DNA of 64,000 nt from an uncultured Coriobacteriaceae bacterium (lineage in GTDB: Bacteria > Actinomycetota > Coriobacteriia > Coriobacteriales > Coriobacteriaceae): the NCBI GenBank assembly GCA_944322175.1, contig CALUOB010000002.1:29078-93077 (forward strand), read 5' to 3'. Below are positions 56,338-64,000 of this stretch, one piece after another. The notes under the pieces are model-generated. The model saw only the letters and a list, made by a program, of their open reading frames with translations. It was not told the origin of the DNA and searched no databases. The translations under genes were made by a program, and so were the position numbers. The first letter of the stretch is position 1. Each line of letters opens with the position of its first letter.

Positions 56338-56490
56338 GGCACGTCCTATCATGAGAAGAACAGGCAGCAGCCGGATGAGCCGGCCGCTGCCCGCTGGTTT
56401 TCTCTATCAGCTTAGCACGCCGCGTGCGCCTTGGGCGCCTGGCACCGGCCGGGCGGCTCTGCGCGCGGCGGAGCGGCTCCTGCTCTGACC

Positions 56491-58935
56491 CTAGCGCCAC
56501 CCGAGCACGCGCTCGCGCATGCCCGCGACGTCGAGCACGCCGTGGGCAAAGCCCTTGCGCACGAGCTCTTCGGGCAGCAGCCCGTCGTACTTCTCGAAGA
56601 GGGGCACCTCGCCGGGGTACACGAGCTCGATGGGATCGAAGTCGCGCGCCGCCTCTAGCTGCACCACCTCGATGAAGCGCTCCCTGCTCGCGTCCATGAG
56701 GAAGGTCATGAAGTAGGGGCGCGAGGAATCGAGCCCGCGCAGGTTGAGCGCCGGGGCGCACTTGATCTTGAGCAGGCGCTCGAGTGCGAGAAACGCGTAC
56801 GTGCCGAGCCAAGGCACCAGGCAGTACATGTTGCCGCCGAGGTTGATGAGCGGAGTGGTCGTGAGGTGCGCGACGCGCGCCGCATGCCGGGCCTGCGCCA
56901 GTCGCGCGCGGGCGTGCGTGCGCAGGTACGGATACACGGCGTCTTCGGTGAGGACGTCGCGCATGCGCTCCAAGATGCGCGTGTTCACGTCGCCCGCCAC
57001 CTCGCCGAAGTACGCGGGGACCTTGCCCTTGACCTGGGTTGCGTAGACGATGTGGCGCTTGTGGTCGAGCTCCTCCACCACCCACACGTGCCCGGCGATG
57101 GCGATCTTCTCGCCCGGGGGCGGAGGTTGCACGAGCGTCCCGACCTCCTGCGACTCGCTGCGCACCGTGTACTCCTCGTTCTCTTGGAACACCGCGTAGA
57201 ACTTGAACGAGTTGGTAACGCGCTCGCCGGCGAGGCCAACGATGAGGCCGCCGGTCTCGGTCTGCTCGATGTGGTCGGTTTTGATGAGGTGGCGCAGGAG
57301 CACGCGGAAGTCGTCTTGGCTCACGCGATGGAAGTAGGTGAGCGTGAGCACGCGGCTTGCGAGCTGAGCCGGGGTGAGCTCGCCCTCGGAGGCGAGGGTG
57401 GCGAGCGTTTGGTGGTACAGCAGGCTGTAGGGCAGGCGGTCGAGGCGCGGCGGCTCCACCCACTTCTCCTGACGGTACAGCTCGACTAAGGCGATGCCCT
57501 GCAGGAGCTTCCAGGGAACAGTCTCGGGCAGCAGGGAGCGCGGCTCGGGCTGCTCCTCGCGCATGACGAACCACATCTCGGGCGGGGTGCCGCGCCTGCC
57601 GGTGCGGCCCATGCGCTGCAGAAATCCCGAGACCGTAAACGGCGCGTCGATTTGGAAAGCGCGCTCGAGTCGGCCGACGTCGATGCCCAGCTCGAGCGTG
57701 GCAGTGGCGATGGTGGTGAGGTCGCACGCGTCGTCGCGCATGAGCTCCTCGGCGCTTTCGCGATAGCTCGCCGAGAGGTTGCCGTGGTGGATGAGGAACC
57801 GGTCGGGCTCGTGGCGCGCCTCGCAGTAGCTGCGCAGCGTGGTGCACACGGCCTCGGCCTCCTCGCGCGAGTTGGAGAAGACCAGGCACTTGCGCCCGCG
57901 CGTGTGCTCAAAGACGTACGCCATGCCCGGGTCGGCGTTGACGGGAGCGGCGTCGGTTGCCTGCTCGCCTGCGGGCTGCTCGACCGAGACGTCGGGCTCG
58001 AGCGGGGAGGCATCGTGAGGCGCGACACCTGAGGCCGCGCCAGGGCGGGGCGCTGCGGGGCGAGGCTGGGGAGCGGCCGGAGCGGGAAGGACCTTGCTGT
58101 GCTGGGCGACAACGGGACCTGCGGCGCTTATGCGCTCGACCTGAACCACCTCAGCCGGGATGGGGGCGCCTGTTGTGGGGGCCGCTGCAGCTCCGCCACC
58201 CGCGCTCCAAGCGGGCAACTCGTCTGCCTGCGGTCCGGTGATATAGAAGTGCTCCATAGAGATGCGCCACGTGCGCGGCGGTTCCTTGACCTGAGGAATA
58301 ACGCAGCCGCGGCCGGTGCCTTGCGAGAGGAAGGCGCCGACGGCGCGCGGGTTGCCGATGGTGGCTGAGAGCCCGATGCGCCGCGGGTTGACCTGCGCCA
58401 TGCGCCCGAGCCGCTCGATGAGGCACAGCGTCTGCCCGCCTCGGTCTCCGCGCAAAAGCGAGTGGACCTCGTCGATTACGATGTAGCGCAGGTCGCAGAA
58501 CAGCCTCGACACGGCGGCATGCCGATGCATGAGCATGGCCTCGAGCGACTCGGGCGTGATCTGCAGCACGCCCGAGGGCTTTTTGAGCATCTTAGCCTTG
58601 TGCGACTGCGAGACGTCGCCGTGCCAGTGCCAGACCGGGATCTCGGCCTCGGAGCAGAGGTCCTCAAGGCGATAGAACTGGTCGTTGATAAGCGCCTTGG
58701 TGGGGCCAATATAGATGGCGCCGACCGAGGCGGGCGGGTTCTCCCAGAACTCGGAGAGGATCGGGAAGAACGCGGCCTCGGTTTTGCCCGAGGCGGTTTG
58801 CGCGGTGAGCAGGAGGTTCTCGTCGGTGTTGAAGATAGCGTCGGCAGCGGCAACCTGGATGCCGCGAAGCGACTCCCACTCATGGCTGTAGATAAAGTCC
58901 TGCACAAAGGGCGCGAACCGGTCGAACACGCTCAT
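56491..58935 (-). CDS. Lhr-like DEAD/DEAH (DEVH) box helicase with DEAD_assoc-type C-terminal domain (BrxHI / SngC-like)
   Basis: Motif I AQTASGKTEAAF, Ia YIGPTKALINDQ, II VIDEVHSL, III LSATIGN. RecA2 motifs FSNSREEAE, HHGNLS and QRMGRTGRR. Long C-terminal domain as in Lhr. About 100 aa of Pro/Ala-rich sequence is inserted between the two RecA lobes. Confidence 0.85.
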   Translation of the reverse strand: MSVFDRFAPFVQDFIYSHEWESLRGIQVAAADAIFNTDENLLLTAQTASGKTEAAFFPILSEFWENPPASVGAIYIGPTKALINDQFYRLEDLCSEAEIPVWHWHGDVSQSHKAKMLKKPSGVLQITPESLEAMLMHRHAAVSRLFCDLRYIVIDEVHSLLRGDRGGQTLCLIERLGRMAQVNPRRIGLSATIGNPRAVGAFLSQGTGRGCVIPQVKEPPRTWRISMEHFYITGPQADELPAWSAGGGAAAAPTTGAPIPAEVVQVERISAAGPVVAQHSKVLPAPAAPQPRPAAPRPGAASGVAPHDASPLEPDVSVEQPAGEQATDAAPVNADPGMAYVFEHTRGRKCLVFSNSREEAEAVCTTLRSYCEARHEPDRFLIHHGNLSASYRESAEELMRDDACDLTTIATATLELGIDVGRLERAFQIDAPFTVSGFLQRMGRTGRRGTPPEMWFVMREEQPEPRSLLPETVPWKLLQGIALVELYRQEKWVEPPRLDRLPYSLLYHQTLATLASEGELTPAQLASRVLTLTYFHRVSQDDFRVLLRHLIKTDHIEQTETGGLIVGLAGERVTNSFKFYAVFQENEEYTVRSESQEVGTLVQPPPPGEKIAIAGHVWVVEELDHKRHIVYATQVKGKVPAYFGEVAGDVNTRILERMRDVLTEDAVYPYLRTHARARLAQARHAARVAHLTTTPLINLGGNMYCLVPWLGTYAFLALERLLKIKCAPALNLRGLDSSRPYFMTFLMDASRERFIEVVQLEAARDFDPIELVYPGEVPLFEKYDGLLPEELVRKGFAHGVLDVAGMRERVLGWR

Positions 58936-60110
58936 GCGCGCACCTCCCTAGCGGCATCGTGCGGCGCGCGGTCGAGGGCTTCGCGCAGGTCGGCGAGGCG
59001 TCTCCTGCTTACGGGCAGCGTGGAGCCGTTGTCGAGCGTGATCTCGGTGGCCGATACGGAGCGCACGTGCTCGAGGTTGACCACGATCGAGCGATGGCAG
59101 TACACGAAGCGGCTGTGCGGCAGCGCCTCGGCGATCTGGCGGAGCGGCATGTTGAGGCGCACCGAGGCTCCGTCGGCAAAGCGGATGGCCCTCGCGCGGT
59201 TGAGGGACTCGACGTAGGTCACGTCTGCGGGTGCGAAGCTCACGGCCTGCGTAGGCGTGGAGAGAACCACGGGCTCCTCTTGCGGCGAGGTGGCCTCGCG
59301 CTTCTCGAGCTCCGTCACGCGGCTTTGGGCCTGGGCGAGCTTGCTCGAGAGCTCGGCATGCTTAAGCTCGTGAAGCAGCAGCGCCCTTTCGAGCCTGACC
59401 TGCTGCTCAGCCTGAGCGCTCGATTCGCGCAGGGTGCGCAGGAGCCACCAGATGAGCGCGACGCAGTCGATGGCCACGACGAAGCCCAGGGAGAAGTACA
59501 TGCCCGCAAAGTCGAAGGGCAGCAGCCATCCGCCGACGAGGAGCGTGGCGACGATCATCGTGAGAAGCGCGGTCATGCGCCACCATGTTGCGCTGGTGAT
59601 CTGCGAGGCAAAGGCTCGCTTGACCGAGCGCATGATGGATGCCATGGCGGCAAAGAAGACGGCGTTGGTGAGGGTGAGCACCACGAGTCGCGACGGATAG
59701 TACATCTGGCCGTCGTTCTCATCGAAGCCCAGGAGGTAGGAGACGTTTGACGAGGTAAAGGTCACGAGGAAGCCGTAGAGCATGACGAGCGAGAAGACAA
59801 AGGCCTTGTGCGACACCTCGGCGCGCACAACGCGGACGTAGAGGATGAAAAGCGCCGCTACCGTGACGAGAAAGACGAGGTTCTGCAGGATGCTGCGCGC
59901 ATCTGCCACCGCGCTCTGCGGCGCGAAGTGCGCGCCCGCCGCTACGAGCAGGAAGGGCACGAGCCCTGCGACAACAAGCGCGCCCGCCTCCATCCATGCC
60001 CGCTTCGTGCTCACGCGAAACCGCCCGTCAAACGGCAAGAGGCACAGGATGGCGGCGGGGGCGATCTGCACGATGAAGCCGATAACGCTGCGAATGATGA
60101 TCTCTGCCAT
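58932..60110 (-). CDS. Polytopic membrane protein (about 6-7 TM) + coiled coil + C-terminal LytTR DNA-binding domain
   Basis: The N-terminal 230 aa form a run of hydrophobic helices. Next is ESSAQAEQQVRLERALLLHELKHAELSSKLAQAQSRVTELEK. Then comes the LytTR pattern VTYVESLNRARAIRFADGASVRLNMPLRQIAEALPHSRFVYCHRSIVVNLEHV. The stop overlaps the helicase ATG (ATGA at 58932-58935). Confidence 0.8.
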   Translation of the reverse strand: MAEIIIRSVIGFIVQIAPAAILCLLPFDGRFRVSTKRAWMEAGALVVAGLVPFLLVAAGAHFAPQSAVADARSILQNLVFLVTVAALFILYVRVVRAEVSHKAFVFSLVMLYGFLVTFTSSNVSYLLGFDENDGQMYYPSRLVVLTLTNAVFFAAMASIMRSVKRAFASQITSATWWRMTALLTMIVATLLVGGWLLPFDFAGMYFSLGFVVAIDCVALIWWLLRTLRESSAQAEQQVRLERALLLHELKHAELSSKLAQAQSRVTELEKREATSPQEEPVVLSTPTQAVSFAPADVTYVESLNRARAIRFADGASVRLNMPLRQIAEALPHSRFVYCHRSIVVNLEHVRSVSATEITLDNGSTLPVSRRRLADLREALDRAPHDAAREVRA

Positions 60111-60119
60111 GGCAAGCGC

Positions 60120-61496
60120 CTAGATCGTGAACTCGGCGAAGGGCGCCGCTGCGTCGTCTGCGCCCTGCATGTTGCCAGGCAGGGCGGTACCCGCCTGAGG
60201 CTGCGCGTAGGAAAAGCTCTCGGAGTGCAGGAGATCGGCCACCGACACGCCCGGGTTTTGGCAGACGATGTCGAGCAGCTCGATGAAGTCGCGGATCACC
60301 TCGCGCGGGGTCAAGTGCGTGTCGGCCCCCACGCGGCCGAACTCGATCTGCAGAAACTCCACCAGGTCGTCTTCGGTGAGCGTGGGCGCGTAGCCAAAGT
60401 AGCCGGCATGGATGTTCTGGAGCTTCTCGATCAGCACGAGAAGCTCCTCGTAGGTGAGCGGCACGAGTTTGATGACGGGCGCGAGCATGTCTTTGAGGTC
60501 GTCGCGCGCAAAGCGCCCGTGGGTGAGGCGACTGCGCAGCGCCTCGTAGGAGAAGACGCCGCGCCGCCGATCCTCGATGGACTGAGGCGTGCCGCCCATG
60601 ATGATGCCGAGGTAGCGCGCCTTGCCCTGGAGGGTGTCGTTGTACATGGTGAGGATCTTCTCGTAGTTGTACTGGCGCGTAACGGCGTTGGGGATCTTGT
60701 AGAGGTTCACGAGCTCGTCGATAAGCACGAGGAGCCCTTTGTAGCCTGCGCCTTTGAGGAACGTGGCGAAGAGCTTGACGTACTCGTACCAGTCGTCGTC
60801 GGTGATGCAGATGTTTACGCCGAGCTCTTGGCGGGCCTCGGTGCGGTTGCGGTACTCGCCGCGGAACCACTTGACCACGAAGCCCTTGGTGGTCTCGTCG
60901 CCCTCGACGTAGCTCCGGTAGTACAGCGTGAGCAGCCGCGCAAAGTCAAAGCCGTGAACCATCTCTTCGAGCGACCCGATAACGGCGTAGATGCGCTGCT
61001 CCACGGCGGCCGAGAAGCGCTCGTCCGAAGGGTCGAGGCCCTCCTCCGCGGCAACGGCTGCCTGGATGTTGGAGATCCACCGGTCGAGAATCAGCGTGAG
61101 CGCGCCGCCTTCGGGGCGGGTTTTGGTGGAGAGGTTGCGGATGAGCTCGCGGTACGTGGCGAGGCCCTGCCCCTTGGTGCCCTGCAGGCGGCGCTCGGGC
61201 GAAAGGTCGGCATCGGCTACGACGAAGTTCTCGCCCATGGCGTGGTTGCGGATGGTCTGCAGCAAAAAGCTCTTGCCCGATCCGTAGCGCCCGACGAGAA
61301 ACCTAAACGAGGCGCCTCCTTCGGCGATGAGGTCGAGGTCGTGGAGCAGCGCGGCGATCTCGGTCTCGCGGCCGACGGTGATGTAGGGCAGGCCGATGCG
61401 CGGCACCACGCCGCCCTTGAGCGAGTTGATGAGCGTGGCGGCGATGCGCTTGGGCACGCGCACGGGCACATGCGCGGGGCTGGTTGCGTGGCTCAT
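60120..61496 (-). CDS. DUF2791-family P-loop ATPase (BrxD / SngB-like)
   Basis: GRETEIAALLHDLDLIAEGGASFRFLVGRYGSGKSFLL (Walker A) and LLVLIDELVNLY (Walker B). Overall layout is as I recall for BrxD/DUF2791. The ATG overlaps the upstream TerB gene stop by 4 nt. Confidence 0.7.
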   Translation of the reverse strand: MSHATSPAHVPVRVPKRIAATLINSLKGGVVPRIGLPYITVGRETEIAALLHDLDLIAEGGASFRFLVGRYGSGKSFLLQTIRNHAMGENFVVADADLSPERRLQGTKGQGLATYRELIRNLSTKTRPEGGALTLILDRWISNIQAAVAAEEGLDPSDERFSAAVEQRIYAVIGSLEEMVHGFDFARLLTLYYRSYVEGDETTKGFVVKWFRGEYRNRTEARQELGVNICITDDDWYEYVKLFATFLKGAGYKGLLVLIDELVNLYKIPNAVTRQYNYEKILTMYNDTLQGKARYLGIIMGGTPQSIEDRRRGVFSYEALRSRLTHGRFARDDLKDMLAPVIKLVPLTYEELLVLIEKLQNIHAGYFGYAPTLTEDDLVEFLQIEFGRVGADTHLTPREVIRDFIELLDIVCQNPGVSVADLLHSESFSYAQPQAGTALPGNMQGADDAAAPFAEFTI

Positions 61497-63571
61497 AGGG
61501 CAGATGCTCCTCTCAGGAGGTCTTCGATGTCTTCATGATAGTCCTCGACGAGGACGGGAACCGTGCCGTCAAACTCGATGACGGCGTCGCCGACGACGTC
61601 GAAGAGCTTCTCGTTCAGGCAGTCAACGGCCACGCTCGGCAGCGCGCCGGTTTGCGCAAGCGCGCCCGACGGGTCCGCGCCGGCGAGCAGCGCTTCGAGC
61701 AGCTCGGTCTCGGCCGCGGTGAGGTTGAGACCGTCGGGTACGCCGCTTGCTGCGGGTGCCGCAGGCGTAAACGGGCCGATGGGGGAGAAGGACGGCTGTG
61801 CTGCGCGGGGAGCGTCGTGCGCTGACTCCTGCGGCGCGTGCCCTCTTGCCGGCTCTTGCGCAGCGGGCGGCGGGGCTTCCTCTGCGGAGCGCGCTGGTTG
61901 GGTGCTGCGCGTGGCCGACGGGCTTGCCGCCTGAGGCACGACGCGCGCATCGGCTTCGCCCGGCTGAAGGGGCGCCGGAGCATGACCGAGGTCCGCCTCC
62001 GCGCGCACGGGAGCCTGCTCGCCGCGCTCCTCGTCTACAAGCAGGGCCTCTTGCGTGAGCGCCGCCGCGGCGCGGATCTGCCCCAGCTGAGACCGGTCGA
62101 TGCTGATCCGCCGCGGGGCGTGCGCCTTCTTCCAAGGCAGGTAGCGTGCGATCTCTTGATCGATCATGTGCGCGAGGTACTTGCGCACGGATGCCTCTTT
62201 GAGCGGGGCGGAAAACGCCTCGGCGTCGCGCAGGCGCTGGTCGATGGCGCGCAGGATCTTTCCCAGCTGGGTGCTGGTGCTGCGGGCCCCCTGGAAGCGC
62301 TTGCACCACCAGCGGCCGCGCGTGCAGAAGTAGGTTTCGACCGCGCTCAGCTCGTACGTTGTCTCGGCATGCGGTTCCTCTTCGTAAAACACCGCCGAGG
62401 CAAACATAGAGTAGGGAAGCGTGGCGCGCTCACCGAAGAGGCTCTCCACGAGGTCGCTTTTGCGGTTGGACCGATAGTAGCGCGCCAGACGGCAGAACAC
62501 GGCAGCGCACACGCGCCGCACGTCGTCGGGTTCCTCCTTGTACAGCCTGCCGTTCTCGATGCGGTAAGACGAGAGCGATGCCAAGGCCGAGAAGAGCTCC
62601 GCCTCGTCAAAGGGCGGGTGCGCAAAGTCGTAGGGCGCCTCGCGCCGGCGCTTGCGCTTGCCTGCGACGGGCTCGGTGCCCGGGGCGCTGCTGGCGGCAT
62701 GCCGAGTGTCAGCCGCCGGCATGGGGTCAGGAGCCTCCGCAGGTTGCTGGAGGCCGAAACGCTGGCTCGGCAAAACCACCTGGGGCAAGCGCGCCGCGCC
62801 GGTGCCGATGTCGAGGCGGCGGCTTCCCACTACGGCGGCCTGCGCGCGGGCAGCCACCGCAAGCGCCGCGTCGTGCGCCTGGTCTGCCGAGGCGGCGAGA
62901 AGCGTGCGGTCGAGTCCGTGGTATACCACGTAGTCGCGCATCCAGCGGCGAGCGTACCGGTCGATCTCGGGGGCGAGGTCGCGGTAGGCAAGCCAGAACG
63001 AGCGGAGCTTCTCAAAGCCTTCGGCGGGGGTCTGCGACCCCACGGAATTGACGAGCTCGTAGAGGTGCGTGAAGGCAAACGAGAGCGGCGCCTTCTCCAC
63101 CGTGCCTGCGCGCAGGTGGGTGCGCCAGGTGAAGTAGCCGCGCAGTTGCCGGTCGTTCATCTGCTGGTAGGTCGGGAAGTAGCGCTCGAAGGTGCCGTGG
63201 TAGGGGCAGTCGTCTTCCCAGTCGGCCATAAAGCGCGCCTGTGCCACAAAGATGCGCCCCGCCTGCGGGTCGAGTCCGCTTTCGAGCAGATTGGCGCCGC
63301 GCTCGGCGTGCATGCGCTGCGCCCACGAAGGGCGCCCGCCGGATGAGCGGGACGCGCCGCCCGTTCCGTATGAGCCGGTCCATGCGCCGAGGTCCTGTGC
63401 GATCTGGCGCATCTCGCGGTACTTCTCAGGGAGGTAGGAGTCCATCTGCGCGGCTGTTTTGAGAATGGGCTCGTCTTGGTAGACCGCCGACGAGAAGTGC
63501 GCGCTTTCTTTGAGGCGCGGGTTGGAGAGGATCTGCGCGATGAGCTGCTCGGTTGTACGTGAAGCTGCCAT
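61493..63571 (-). CDS. TerB-N and TerB-C domain protein (SngA-like)
   Basis: The N-terminal region FVAQARFMADWEDDCPYHGTFERYFPTYQQMNDRQLRGYFTWRTHLRAG...FAFTHLYELVN matches the TerB_N pattern (P-x-Y-x-x-M-x-x-x-Q-x-x-x-Y-x-x-W-R..., Y-x-F-x-Y-x-Y-E-L-I-N). The C-terminus LNLTAAETELLEALL...VDCLNEKLFDVVGDAVIEFDG...VLVEDYHEDI matches TerB_C. RBS gggagg. Confidence 0.65.
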   Translation of the reverse strand: MAASRTTEQLIAQILSNPRLKESAHFSSAVYQDEPILKTAAQMDSYLPEKYREMRQIAQDLGAWTGSYGTGGASRSSGGRPSWAQRMHAERGANLLESGLDPQAGRIFVAQARFMADWEDDCPYHGTFERYFPTYQQMNDRQLRGYFTWRTHLRAGTVEKAPLSFAFTHLYELVNSVGSQTPAEGFEKLRSFWLAYRDLAPEIDRYARRWMRDYVVYHGLDRTLLAASADQAHDAALAVAARAQAAVVGSRRLDIGTGAARLPQVVLPSQRFGLQQPAEAPDPMPAADTRHAASSAPGTEPVAGKRKRRREAPYDFAHPPFDEAELFSALASLSSYRIENGRLYKEEPDDVRRVCAAVFCRLARYYRSNRKSDLVESLFGERATLPYSMFASAVFYEEEPHAETTYELSAVETYFCTRGRWWCKRFQGARSTSTQLGKILRAIDQRLRDAEAFSAPLKEASVRKYLAHMIDQEIARYLPWKKAHAPRRISIDRSQLGQIRAAAALTQEALLVDEERGEQAPVRAEADLGHAPAPLQPGEADARVVPQAASPSATRSTQPARSAEEAPPPAAQEPARGHAPQESAHDAPRAAQPSFSPIGPFTPAAPAASGVPDGLNLTAAETELLEALLAGADPSGALAQTGALPSVAVDCLNEKLFDVVGDAVIEFDGTVPVLVEDYHEDIEDLLRGASAL

Positions 63572-63614
63572 GCGCCGCCCCTCCCTTCGTAATAGGTGCC
63601 CATTCTACCACAGA

Positions 63615-63658
63615 CGCAAACATCTGTTCGGATTTGCGGGGAGCAGCAGATGTTTGCG
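63615..63658. promoter_or_regulatory. 12-bp perfect inverted repeat in the leader/promoter of the TerB operon
   Basis: cgcaaacatctg (63615-63626) pairs with cagatgtttgcg (63647-63658). It lies 44-87 nt upstream of the TerB start codon. Confidence 0.8.
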
Positions 63659-63660
63659 CG

Positions 63661-63836
63661 CAACAAGCATCCCCCAAACGCCGGGATTGTCGCACCCGGT
63701 GGGCCCCGTGCTCCCTCCTCCAACAAGCATCCCCAAACGCCGGGATGAGCGAACGACGCCACGAAACCGACAAAAAACGGGCTCAAAGTGTCGGAAACGT
63801 GGCGTCGGTCAGATGGAATTGTCGGAAACGTGGCGT
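63661..63836. repeat. Two sets of direct repeats plus an inverted copy upstream of the TerB operon
   Basis: caacaagcatcccc(c)aaacgccggga occurs at 63661-63686 and 63721-63745. tgtcggaaacgtggcgt occurs at 63789-63805 and 63820-63836. gacgccacgaaaccgaca (63755-63772) is an inverted version able to pair with 63789-63806. Confidence 0.85.
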
Positions 63837-63945
63837 TTGCTGTGGAACGTCCGGTGGGGAGGACGGCTGTCTGCAGCGCAGCCGGCTGCGTTTGCGGCAG
63901 GGCTCTGCGGTAACGACCAGCTTGCCGGCACGCCTGGCAAGCGGT

Positions 63946-64000
63946 TTACGGACCAACCGCGAGGGTGCGGGCCTGGAGCCGCGCGGCGTCCTTCTCGTCG
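63946..64000 (-). CDS. 3' end (17 codons) of an unidentified gene entering from beyond the window
   Basis: The reverse-strand frame reads ...DEKDAARLQARTLAVGP followed by TAA (complement of 63946-63948). Too short to identify. Confidence 0.25.
   Translation of the reverse strand, partial: DEKDAARLQARTLAVGP

Noticed and set aside
53788-56415. 875-aa ORF on the plus strand
   Set aside because: It is antisense to the OST-HTH/DUF3825 gene. It is Gly/Arg/Ala/Cys-rich low complexity with no recognisable domain and no RBS.
56240-57889. 549-aa minus-strand ORF, very Arg/Pro/Ala-rich
   Set aside because: It is an alternative frame overlapping the helicase gene on the same strand. It has extreme Arg/Pro bias and no motifs.
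56491-61496. BREX system (BrxD + BrxHI present)
   Set aside because: The DUF2791 ATPase and Lhr-like helicase resemble BrxD and BrxHI. However, no PglX methyltransferase, PglZ phosphatase, BrxC or PglW is present within the window. The adjacent TerB-N/C gene points to a Shango-type module instead. Only 430 nt lie beyond the operon on the right, so upstream partners cannot be fully excluded.
59808-63346. Plus-strand ORFs 59808-61538 (576 aa) and 61838-63346 (502 aa)
   Set aside because: They are antisense to the LytTR/DUF2791 genes and the TerB gene. They show shadow composition (V/A/G/R/E/L/H runs).

Overview
High-GC (by eye about 65-70%, not computed) Gram-positive, actinobacterial-type chromosome segment. 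The gene content (TagGH exporter, choline-binding-type wall repeats, ECF modules, LytTR) suggests Coriobacteriia, with low confidence. From left to right the window holds:
- A YgiQ radical-SAM gene truncated by the window edge.
- A putative cobalamin-riboswitch-controlled ECF corrinoid uptake operon: DUF4430 lipoprotein, EcfT, fused EcfA-A', S component.
- A small accessory stretch: DUF559 endonuclease-like gene, CPBP protease, HigB/HigA-like TA pair, amidohydrolase, MFS.
- A visibly lower-GC cell-envelope island (about 14.1-39.0 kb). It carries five ATP-grasp amidoligase domains, two CapA-LRR paralogs, an acyltransferase, an amidase/wall-repeat/L,D-transpeptidase fusion, a 2181-aa secreted phosphodiester-glycosidase/metallophosphoesterase/FN3 protein, a TagF-like polymerase, a nucleotidyltransferase and TagGH.
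- An amino-acid ABC operon, then housekeeping and accessory genes: cytidylate-kinase-like, RsmJ-like, MFS, DUF871/MupG-like, secreted nuclease, class II Fic, EttA.
- At the right end, a translationally coupled minus-strand operon: TerB-N/TerB-C protein, DUF2791 (BrxD-like) ATPase, polytopic-membrane LytTR protein, Lhr-like helicase. It is followed by an OST-HTH/DUF3825 protein.

The right-end operon is my best candidate for an undescribed system: a Shango-like core with an embedded membrane DNA-binding component. The ATP-grasp/CapA/TagF island is the second candidate.

I saw no rRNA, tRNA, CRISPR array, transposase or integrase. Many long ORFs in the supplied track are shadow frames of the real genes, as expected at this GC content. 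All domain calls come from reading motifs by eye and need HMM or BLAST confirmation.
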